DNA of 44,962 bases from an uncultured Gammaproteobacteria bacterium (GTDB taxonomy: Bacteria; Pseudomonadota; Gammaproteobacteria; UBA4575). This document shows positions 27,272 through 34,866 of the stretch, piece after piece. The translations under genes were made by a program, and so were the position numbers. The notes under the pieces were generated by a model. It did not search any database. It was not told the DNA's origin and worked only from the letters and a program-made list of their open reading frames with translations. Location of the stretch: NCBI GenBank assembly GCA_963926275.1, contig CAWUWP010000018.1:1-44962 (forward strand). Direction: 5' to 3'. Each line of letters opens with the position of its first letter. Position 1 is the stretch's first letter.

Positions 27272-29524
27272 TTATAAGCTACTGTATTTCTTTCTTAACC
27301 GTTGACGCACAATTTCCGCCACCGTGTTAAAGAAGAAAGTAAAAATGAATAAAACAAATGCCGCCAAGAATAAGATTCGATAGTGAGTACTATCGACTTC
27401 AGATTCTGGCAATTCGACTGCAATGTTTGCAGACAAAGTGCGCATACCCTGGAAAATACTAAAGTCCATCACTGGCGTGTTACCTGTTGCCATCAATACA
27501 ATCATTGTTTCACCCACTGCACGACCGAACCCGATCATAACCGCAGAGAAAATGCCTGGACTTGCCGACAACAATACAACGCGAACTAATGTTTGCCACG
27601 GTGTCGCGCCCAACGCCAAGGAGCCTGAGGTCAAGTGTTTTGGCACACTGAATATGGCATCTTCAGCAATTGAGAAGATTGTTGGTATTACCGCAAACCC
27701 CATCGCGATACCGATAATTAGCGCATTACGCTGATCAAATCCAATGCCTAGTTCTTCACTCATCCATATTCGAACATTACCATCAAACAACAAACGTTCT
27801 ATAAATGGTGACACACCAACACATAGTAGTGCGATTAAAATTAAAGGAATAATCAACGCAGCTGCCTGCCACCCTTCAGGGATGAACCGTTTGGCTGAGC
27901 CGGGTAATTTCCACCACACTAATGATAGTAGAATTATTCCAATTGGCATTAATACAAAAATGCTAAATACACCAGGCAAATGTAATTCCACAAATGGCGC
28001 AAGCCATAACCCGGCGAGGAACCCTAGAATCACTGTTGGCAATGCTTCCATAATTTCAATCGAAGGTTTTACAATCGCGCGCATCGGCGGTGCCATAAAG
28101 TAGGCTGTAAAAATTGCTCCGCAAATTGCTAGCGGCATGGCAAATAACATTGCGTAGAAAGCCGCTTTTAATGTCCCGAATGTTAATGGTACTAAACTAT
28201 ATTTAGGTTCGAAGTCACTACTGGCTGATGATGACTGCCAGATATAATCTGGCTTGACATAATCTTCGTACCAAACTTTCCCCCATAATGCAGACAATGA
28301 AGTCTCAGGATGATGATTATCAATATCCCATACCTTGATATTTCTGTTTCTGTCCTCTGCAATAAAGATATCCGCACGAGGGGCTACTGCCAATGTTTGT
28401 ATCGCACTTTCACTCGCTGACAACGACAATAGATCACGTTCACTGGTGGTGTATAGCAATTTAATTTTGCCGGCTTGAGTTGCCGCAATCACACCTTTCC
28501 GTAACTGCTCAGTGGCTAAACTGACTATCGCAGAATTACCAATGCGTGTGTCTCGAATTTTATCTAAACGAAACTCTAGGTCTCCATCACTTCGTACTTG
28601 AAACCACTGCGATAAATTACCACTACTATCACCTATTAATATCGAAATTCCACCGGTCAAAAATTTCAATAGAGTCGGATGTACATCACCCTCAGTGACT
28701 TGTACTTTTTCTCTTAAATTAAAATCATTCTCGCGAATATCATAGGCTGATAAACTTCCATCTTGTGTCAGTATATATGCCCACTCTTGCTCCGGATCCA
28801 CTAGCAAGCCGAGGATTGGATCCACTGTGATAATTTGATTTCTATCACCGATTTCTAATGTCGTCGCTTCATCAATAAATGAAGACTCTTTTTCAAAAGA
28901 TTGAAAGACTATTTTCCCATCGGTTGTACGCGCAATTATTGTCGTTGAATCTTCATTACTTCCAATGGCAAAATCTAGCAGCGGACCTTCGGCAACATGA
29001 AACGCATCTTCACCATACGGATATAAAATATCAGGGTGAATAATTCGACTAGTCTCTGTGAACTCTAGTTCATAGTTGTGTTGGAAAAACAGCAACTCAC
29101 CTGAATGCAAACCAACAGCTAATAAACCACTTGTCTCGTTAACCACTCGGAATGATGTAATGCTGTTATCAGCAGCAATAGGCAAATTTCTTTCTAGGAT
29201 TGGCTCGCCATTTTCGACATCAAAAAATAGCACACTACCTGAATCACCAACTCGCAGACCAATTTCAGCCTGCTCTTCAATGGCTAAATATATAGTTTTA
29301 TCATTCGTCCCGGGGGTTTGATACTGACCAATTTCATCAATTGATGGTTGACCAAAAAGTGGATACACCACGCTGAGCAAGAATAGAAAAATTAAGGCAA
29401 TAGCAGCAATGACACTTATGCCACCTATTTGAACCACTCTACGAGCGATTATGTCTATAGCTTTGCGCAATTTCCATCGGCGTTGGCCCGCGGCAATTCT
29501 GTCTGAAATATTACTGGCTTCCAT
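27272..29524 (-). CDS. pstC: Phosphate ABC transporter permease PstC, long form with a ~380-aa N-terminal extracytoplasmic domain
   Basis: 750 aa. The C-terminal ~300 aa is a canonical PstC core (SGSLALGATPWQTLVRVVL). The N-terminus has one TM helix followed by a repeat-containing soluble domain. Confidence 0.9.
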   Translation of the reverse strand: MEASNISDRIAAGQRRWKLRKAIDIIARRVVQIGGISVIAAIALIFLFLLSVVYPLFGQPSIDEIGQYQTPGTNDKTIYLAIEEQAEIGLRVGDSGSVLFFDVENGEPILERNLPIAADNSITSFRVVNETSGLLAVGLHSGELLFFQHNYELEFTETSRIIHPDILYPYGEDAFHVAEGPLLDFAIGSNEDSTTIIARTTDGKIVFQSFEKESSFIDEATTLEIGDRNQIITVDPILGLLVDPEQEWAYILTQDGSLSAYDIRENDFNLREKVQVTEGDVHPTLLKFLTGGISILIGDSSGNLSQWFQVRSDGDLEFRLDKIRDTRIGNSAIVSLATEQLRKGVIAATQAGKIKLLYTTSERDLLSLSASESAIQTLAVAPRADIFIAEDRNRNIKVWDIDNHHPETSLSALWGKVWYEDYVKPDYIWQSSSASSDFEPKYSLVPLTFGTLKAAFYAMLFAMPLAICGAIFTAYFMAPPMRAIVKPSIEIMEALPTVILGFLAGLWLAPFVELHLPGVFSIFVLMPIGIILLSLVWWKLPGSAKRFIPEGWQAAALIIPLILIALLCVGVSPFIERLLFDGNVRIWMSEELGIGFDQRNALIIGIAMGFAVIPTIFSIAEDAIFSVPKHLTSGSLALGATPWQTLVRVVLLSASPGIFSAVMIGFGRAVGETMIVLMATGNTPVMDFSIFQGMRTLSANIAVELPESEVDSTHYRILFLAAFVLFIFTFFFNTVAEIVRQRLRKKYSSL

Positions 29525-29592
29525 TTCCTAAATGATTCTGTGTCTTTAGTCGGTTGATATTATATTAGAGCATTATGAGTGCGGGATAAAAA

Positions 29593-29621
29593 GAAAGCCC
29601 TATAAAATTTATAGGGCTTTC
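29593..29621 (-). terminator. Perfect 29-nt palindromic stem-loop between pstS and pstC (likely intra-operon attenuator/stabiliser)
   Basis: GAAAGCCCTATAAA-A-TTTATAGGGCTTTC is a perfect inverted repeat located 38 nt downstream of the pstS stop. Confidence 0.6.
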
Positions 29622-29658
29622 AGGGACTACCTTGTTACTCTGAGATCGCTTGGTTGTA

Positions 29659-30633
29659 TTACATTCCTAAGGATTTCATCGTTTTCTCAGCTACTTTTGC
29701 TGGTAATGGAATATATCCATCCTTAACAACAACTTTCTGACCTTGCTTAGATAACACTAACTTAATGAACTCACCTTCTAAAGGAGAAAGTGGTTTATTT
29801 GGATGCTTATTTATATAGACGTATAAGAAACGAGCTAATGGGTACTTCCCAGAAATTGCTGTCTCAGCTGAAGCTTCTATAAAATTATCAGATCCACCCT
29901 TAGCGATAGGCAATGGACGAACACCTGTGGTTTTATAGCCAATGCCAGAGTAACCAATGCCATTTAATGATTGTGTCACAGACTGGACAACTGAAGCTGA
30001 GCCCGGCTGCTCATTGACTGTTGATTTAAAGTCACCCTTACACAAAGCTTTCTTTTTAAAATAGCCGTAAGTACCTGACACTGAGTTACGTCCAAACAAC
30101 TGGATGTCTTTACGCGCCCAATCACCTGTTAATCCTAGATCGCCCCAATTCATCACTGTTTCTTTAGAGCCACATTTACGTGTACTAGAGAAAATAGCAT
30201 CAACTTGTTCAATTGAAAGCCCTGCAATTGGGTTATCTTTATGTGCAAACACAGCCAAAGCATCAATGGCCACAGGCACAGCGGTTGGCTTGTAACCATA
30301 TTTCTCTTCAAATGAGGCAATTTCTTTGTCCTTCATTTTACGGCTCATAGGCCCAATGTTTGATGTTCCTTCAGTCAATCCTGGCGGCGCAGTTGATGAA
30401 CCTGCAGCCTGGATCTGAATATTCACATTTGGGTAATAGCGCTTATAGTCTTCAGCCCAAAGTGTCATCAGATTAGCTAAGGTATCTGAACCCACGCTAG
30501 ATAAGTTGCCTGATACGCCACTTGCAACAGTGTAGTCTTTCAACCCCTCATCAACTATTGCTTCAGCAAACGCAACATTCGTGGAAACGGCCACTAACGT
30601 TGTTAAAGCTGCAGTCATATGCTTAAAGTTCAT
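29659..30633 (-). CDS. pstS: Phosphate ABC transporter substrate-binding protein PstS
   Basis: 324 aa with a signal peptide ([18 protein letters not shown]) and PBP-like_2 motifs ([25 protein letters not shown]). It is the first gene of pstSCAB-phoU. Confidence 0.93.
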   Translation of the reverse strand: MNFKHMTAALTTLVAVSTNVAFAEAIVDEGLKDYTVASGVSGNLSSVGSDTLANLMTLWAEDYKRYYPNVNIQIQAAGSSTAPPGLTEGTSNIGPMSRKMKDKEIASFEEKYGYKPTAVPVAIDALAVFAHKDNPIAGLSIEQVDAIFSSTRKCGSKETVMNWGDLGLTGDWARKDIQLFGRNSVSGTYGYFKKKALCKGDFKSTVNEQPGSASVVQSVTQSLNGIGYSGIGYKTTGVRPLPIAKGGSDNFIEASAETAISGKYPLARFLYVYINKHPNKPLSPLEGEFIKLVLSKQGQKVVVKDGYIPLPAKVAEKTMKSLGM

Positions 30634-30691
30634 TTATTCTCCTCAGAATTACCGTGTTATAACGGCATGTTTAATATAGAGGTTGCACTCT

Positions 30692-30720
30692 ATTACTCAT
30701 TTGTTACACCCGTATTACAG
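30692..30720 (-). promoter_or_regulatory. Pho box array upstream of pstS (three 7-nt half-sites at 11-nt spacing)
   Basis: The minus strand reads CTGTAAT-acgg-GTGTAAC-aaat-GAGTAAT. This matches the PhoB half-site consensus CTGTCAT with 4-nt spacers. It lies 60-87 nt upstream of the pstS ATG. Confidence 0.65.
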
Positions 30721-30739
30721 TATGGGATTTTCAGCTAAG

Positions 30740-32050
30740 TTATTGTTCTTTATAAACAATCCGTTCTTCAGGGAAATATAGTTCTACGCATGTGACCACA
30801 TGTTTCTGGCTACGCACCTTAAGTTCACCACCATGACGTTCCATTATGTGTTTAACGATAGAAAGTCCTAGTCCTGTACCGCCCATATCACGTGAGCGAC
30901 CTTTTTCGATACGATAGAAACGTTCAGTCAAACGTGGAATATGAGCCTCATCAATGCCCGCACCGGCATTAGAAACAGATAATGATGACCCGCCTTGGTT
31001 ATGTTTAGTCCAGCGAATCTCTATCGACGAGTCATCCGGTGAATATTTGACCGCATTATCCATGATATTCCGAATAGCACTTTGTAGTTCACGATAATCA
31101 CCATTAATATGAACATTGGCATCAGCTTCAAACTCAAAATGCTGATTTTTGTAGAGTTCTGACGACTTTAATAATTCAACACCTTCACGTATCAACAAGG
31201 TGATATCGATCTTTTCAGACTGGCTTTTTGTAAGCGGCAAGCCCTCAAGTCTAGATAGTGATAACAAGTCTTCAATCAGGCGCTTTAATCGTTGTGCTTG
31301 CTCTAAGGCGCCATCCACACCGCGTCGCGTTAGTGGTGGCATTTCTTCACGCAACGATAATGTCTCCAAATAACCAATAATGACTGTTAGCGGTGTACGC
31401 ATTTCATGTGAGGCATTAAAGACGAATTCTTTTCGTACGTTCTGCACTCTTAGCAAGTCACCATGATCGTGGACTATTAACAGCTTCTTACCGTCATCAT
31501 AAGTGACGACTCTCAGCATAAGATCATTTTCAGAGCTATTAGCAGATGAAAATTCTAGTGGCTCATCAAATAATTGCTTATTGAGATAGCTGGTTATCCC
31601 CGGATCACGCACAATATTATCGATTCGCTGACCAATATCGCGAGACATATCAATTTTTAATACTGTTTTTGCTGCCGGATTTGCCCATTCAATGGTTTGC
31701 ATGTGATCGACTATCAACATCGCATCTGGCATCGCTTTGGTTGCCGCATCAAACTTTGTTAGTGAGCGTTGTAGATTTATTGTCTCTTCATTGTGATGTT
31801 TTTTGATATCACAAATTAGGGTGATTATTTGATATACCGAGCCATTCAAGTCGGGTGCTGCATTAATCGGCGCGCCTGATAGTAACCAACGATGTAAATG
31901 CATTAATTGACGTAAATGCCAAATAATAAATGCCAATAAACCAATAGAAATAGATAGGGCCCAGTGTCCGGTGATATAACCAAAGACTAAACTAACGACA
32001 AAAACCAATAAGGCTAATCTTACTTCAACCCAAAATGTTGCTATGCGCAT
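30740..32050 (-). CDS. phoR: Phosphate regulon sensor histidine kinase PhoR
   Basis: 436 aa with two N-terminal TM helices, a PAS-like region, the H-box FVFNASHEMRTPLT and an HATPase_c domain (GGTGLGLSIVKHI). The start shares 1 nt with the phoB stop. Confidence 0.92.
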   Translation of the reverse strand: MRIATFWVEVRLALLVFVVSLVFGYITGHWALSISIGLLAFIIWHLRQLMHLHRWLLSGAPINAAPDLNGSVYQIITLICDIKKHHNEETINLQRSLTKFDAATKAMPDAMLIVDHMQTIEWANPAAKTVLKIDMSRDIGQRIDNIVRDPGITSYLNKQLFDEPLEFSSANSSENDLMLRVVTYDDGKKLLIVHDHGDLLRVQNVRKEFVFNASHEMRTPLTVIIGYLETLSLREEMPPLTRRGVDGALEQAQRLKRLIEDLLSLSRLEGLPLTKSQSEKIDITLLIREGVELLKSSELYKNQHFEFEADANVHINGDYRELQSAIRNIMDNAVKYSPDDSSIEIRWTKHNQGGSSLSVSNAGAGIDEAHIPRLTERFYRIEKGRSRDMGGTGLGLSIVKHIMERHGGELKVRSQKHVVTCVELYFPEERIVYKEQ

Positions 32051-32742
32051 TATTTCTCGGCAAGGAAGTGGTAACCGTAACCTCTGACTGTTTGCACCAT
32101 TTTATGGCAGTTGTAGGGGGTTAATAATTTTCTCAACCGCAATATGTGTACATCGACGGTTCGTTCTTCTACAAACTTACTGCGACCCCATACAAAATCT
32201 AGCAACTGTGCTCGACTATATACTTTATCTGGATGCGTCATAAAAAACTCTAATAAGCGGAACTCGGTAGGCCCCACCTCAAATTGCGTATCATCAATGA
32301 TTACATGATGGGCATCAAGGTCAAGTGTTAACTTACCATAGGTGAGCTTATTGTCACCTTCTTCACCCTCGATTCTTCGCATCACTGCGTGGATACGTGC
32401 TGATAGCTCTCTGACTGAAAATGGCTTAGTGATGTAATCATCAGCACCTGAGTCTAGACCTTGTATTTTGTCTCTCTCTTCGGTTTTAGCAGTGAGCATG
32501 ATAATAGGAATATGGCTGGTTATTTCGTCACGCTTGATTCGCCTGACCAATTCAAGCCCAGACACATCTGGCAGCATCCAATCCATTAAAATCAGGCTTG
32601 GCAGGTCTTGTGCGAGCTTTTCTGTTGCCTGTCTTCCATCGACTGCTTCAACAATGTCATAACCATCGCTATCTAACGCAAAATACACCATGTCGCGTAT
32701 TGGCTTTTCATCTTCAACAATTAATATTTGATGTTTTTTCAT
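32050..32742 (-). CDS. phoB: Phosphate regulon response regulator PhoB
   Basis: 230 aa with a receiver domain (ILIVEDE, LMDWMLPD, LTAK) and an OmpR-type winged helix (RTVDVHILRLRK, VRGYGY). It is paired with phoR. Confidence 0.93.
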   Translation of the reverse strand: MKKHQILIVEDEKPIRDMVYFALDSDGYDIVEAVDGRQATEKLAQDLPSLILMDWMLPDVSGLELVRRIKRDEITSHIPIIMLTAKTEERDKIQGLDSGADDYITKPFSVRELSARIHAVMRRIEGEEGDNKLTYGKLTLDLDAHHVIIDDTQFEVGPTEFRLLEFFMTHPDKVYSRAQLLDFVWGRSKFVEERTVDVHILRLRKLLTPYNCHKMVQTVRGYGYHFLAEK

Positions 32743-32888
32743 TGGCTCAAGAAAAAAATTTAGCTGCTTGTGACTCTAATTGTAAATCCATACCTACCTA
32801 AATAAGTATATAAAATTACCTATTGATTTAGGAATCATTCCTAAATGGTATTAAAAGCTTGTTACTAACGCGAATTAAATACAAACAT

Positions 32889-32917
32889 AAAAAAGGCAGT
32901 GTTACCACTGCCCTTTT
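32889..32917 (-). terminator. Rho-independent terminator downstream of the porin gene
   Basis: The stem-loop GGCAGTG-ttac-CACTGCC is followed on the minus strand by TTTTTT. It lies 22 nt after the porin stop. Confidence 0.8.
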
Positions 32918-32938
32918 ATCAATCTTATCTCAACTAAA

Positions 32939-34231
32939 TTAGAACTTGAATAAGATATCTGTTTGTAAGACTTTTTCTCCATCATCATCTAAACCAGGGG
33001 CATCCTGCTCTGAATCATAATAATCTACGCCTAAAATAATATTTTTAGCGACTGCATATTTGAATTCAAATTCATTAGATTTTGCACCCGTTTTTCCACC
33101 CAAACGATCAGAGTCAGGCAAAAAGTCTGGGACTGCATCCGCTTCTAGATCCGCATTAATGTACTTAAACTGCCAAGTGTGCTGATTACTTACTTTTTTA
33201 TCGCCATACTTGAAACCAAATGCTTTGCCTGTATCTTCATCGCTATCATCATTCTTTATATAATCAGCAAAAATTGTGAAGTTTTTACCTGGAATAAACA
33301 TATCTTTCATCCCTACTTCAACAGATAAACCGATAGCATCATAGTCGTACATGTAGTCTCCACCCACTAATGTATTGTTACCACCGCGATCACCAATCAC
33401 GGCTTCATCCTCTAAACCGTCAAAGGCGTAGTATGTTCCTGCAACGTTTCCAAAAAAGTTGCCTGATTTAAATTTGTGACCTACCTGAGCATAGGTCAAT
33501 GTTGGGTCATCACTGACAGTGCTATATTCCTCTAGAATCCAGTGCCCTACATTTCCGTAAGCAGTACCGAATGAATTTTCTGTTTGTAAATGAGCTGACA
33601 CACCCTCTGGATTAACATCACCATCCCATATTAGATCTGTTGACGCCCATAAATATGCTTTACGTTTGAACTTGCCGCCAACAATACTTGCCCAGTCAGC
33701 TGGCTTCCATTCTGCAAATGCGTAATCTAGACGGATATCTTTGGTTGAGAACCCATCATCTAATGTTTCATTAGTAGAACGCTGATCATCACCGCCACTA
33801 GCAAAACCCAAACCAACATTTACGCTATCAGTCACTTTTGCTTCTGCACCTAAACGCAAACGATAACGGTAACGCTCTCGACTTTGGCTCTCTCCTATTT
33901 CTGGATCAGCTTCTTGATATTGTCGACGCAAACGTAAATCACCTTTAAACTTAATTTTTTCTGCCCATTTAAGATTGTCAGAAAGTTTATTAACAGATGC
34001 TAACTTCTGCTCAGCAGTCTCTTCTATTTTTGCATCAATTTTTTCTTCATCTGATGCTGAAGAATTCTTAAGTAGATTATAGGCTTCGTCATTGATTGTG
34101 CCGTTATCACGAAGCACTTTCAGCAATTCGATCATGGCATCATTAGCAGCAAATGCTGGGGTAGAAACCACCGCACTAGAGGCTATCAATGCAGCTAATG
34201 AAGTGGCACGAATATGTTTTAAATTCATCAT
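32939..34231 (-). CDS. Outer-membrane beta-barrel porin, probably Pho-regulated
   Basis: 430 aa with a signal peptide ending AFA. An N-terminal helical segment (AMIELLKVLRDNGTINDEAYNLLKN) is followed by alternating-hydrophobicity beta-strand sequence and a C-terminal ...ILFKF. A Pho box lies upstream. The exact porin family is not certain. Confidence 0.72.
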   Translation of the reverse strand: MMNLKHIRATSLAALIASSAVVSTPAFAANDAMIELLKVLRDNGTINDEAYNLLKNSSASDEEKIDAKIEETAEQKLASVNKLSDNLKWAEKIKFKGDLRLRRQYQEADPEIGESQSRERYRYRLRLGAEAKVTDSVNVGLGFASGGDDQRSTNETLDDGFSTKDIRLDYAFAEWKPADWASIVGGKFKRKAYLWASTDLIWDGDVNPEGVSAHLQTENSFGTAYGNVGHWILEEYSTVSDDPTLTYAQVGHKFKSGNFFGNVAGTYYAFDGLEDEAVIGDRGGNNTLVGGDYMYDYDAIGLSVEVGMKDMFIPGKNFTIFADYIKNDDSDEDTGKAFGFKYGDKKVSNQHTWQFKYINADLEADAVPDFLPDSDRLGGKTGAKSNEFEFKYAVAKNIILGVDYYDSEQDAPGLDDDGEKVLQTDILFKF

Positions 34232-34350
34232 TTAACTCTCTGTAATTAAAAAATCATTTTGATACATCATTTAGTGTCGCTCTCAAGGATCTGGATACAT
34301 CACTAATTGTTGATCTAAGGTTTTAGTAGGCGAGATGGTATTTCACTTAG

Positions 34351-34368
34351 ATGACAGCTTCGTGACAA
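34351..34368 (-). promoter_or_regulatory. Pho box upstream of the porin gene
   Basis: The minus strand reads TTGTCAC-gaag-CTGTCAT, which is two consensus-like PhoB half-sites at 11-nt spacing. TACCAT, a possible -10, follows 10 nt downstream. The site is about 120 nt upstream of the porin ATG. Confidence 0.65.
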
Positions 34369-34445
34369 AGCTGTCTCATTATCGATTTTTTATTAAGCGC
34401 TTAATTTTAAACCTCAATAAAAAATCGGTATTTATTTGTTTGAGC

Positions 34446-34640
34446 TTAAATACGCTTTAAAACAGCAATGACTAGCAAGCTGAGCAAGGCAAAGCTTGGT
34501 CCAAGCATCGCTCCTGAGACAACATCCGTTGGATAATGTAACTCTAAAATAACTCGAGACATTGCCACTAAGCCTTCTAATCCCAGTACCAGGCAGATAA
34601 TAACCAAACAACTGTTGTTGCTATTACCGAGACGGGGACT
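34446..34640 (-). pseudogene. Relic of a PAP2-family phosphatase (C-terminal fragment only)
   Basis: Minus-strand translation gives ..LVAMSRVILELHYPTDVVSGAMLGPSFALLSLLVIAVLKRI*. This contains a perfect PAP2 motif 3 (SRx5Hx3D). The upstream PSGH and KxxxxxxRP motifs and any start codon are missing. Confidence 0.5.
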
Positions 34641-34654
34641 AAGGATATTTTATT

Positions 34655-34837
34655 GGGGTGTAATGGTGCAAGAATAACAAATGGCGAATTAAATGACTTT
34701 AGCACCCAAGTAGTATCATCCTAAATAATGACAAATTATACGAACACACCAAATTAGCAGCCGTAACGCATGCTAAGCAATGGGACTCGACAACACTTGC
34801 TGATAAAATGTTAGAGTTCTACCAACAGATATTATGA
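34655..34837 (+). pseudogene. Relic of a glycosyltransferase C-terminus (GT-B/GT4-like tail)
   Basis: Plus-strand translation gives ..ITNGELNDFSTQ.. then, after a 1-nt frame change, ..SSIILNNDKLYEHTKLAAVTHAKQWDSTTLADKMLEFYQQIL*. This is the typical C-terminal pattern of GT4 enzymes. There is no N-terminal part and no start codon. Confidence 0.4.
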
Positions 34838-34866
34838 ATGACCTCATTTAATAACATAATTAGCTA

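Noticed and set aside
27383-28103. Three plus-strand ORFs (68, 103 and 119 aa) lie antisense inside pstC. Similar antisense ORFs lie inside hemD/hemX, mrp genes (9166-9459, 11062-11439), recG, spoT, pstA, pstS, phoB, cysS and ispB.
   Set aside because: All of them lie wholly within strongly supported, family-assignable genes on the opposite strand. They have no SD or start context, and their products are low-complexity or Cys/Ser/Thr-rich, which is typical of shadow frames. I treat them as spurious.
32769-32786. A possible Pho box lies upstream of phoB. The minus strand reads ATTTACA atta GAGTCAC.
   Set aside because: Only one half-site (GAGTCAC) resembles the consensus. The partner at 11-nt phasing matches at 2-3 of 7 positions. 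phoB autoregulation is expected biologically, but this particular site is not supported well enough to annotate.
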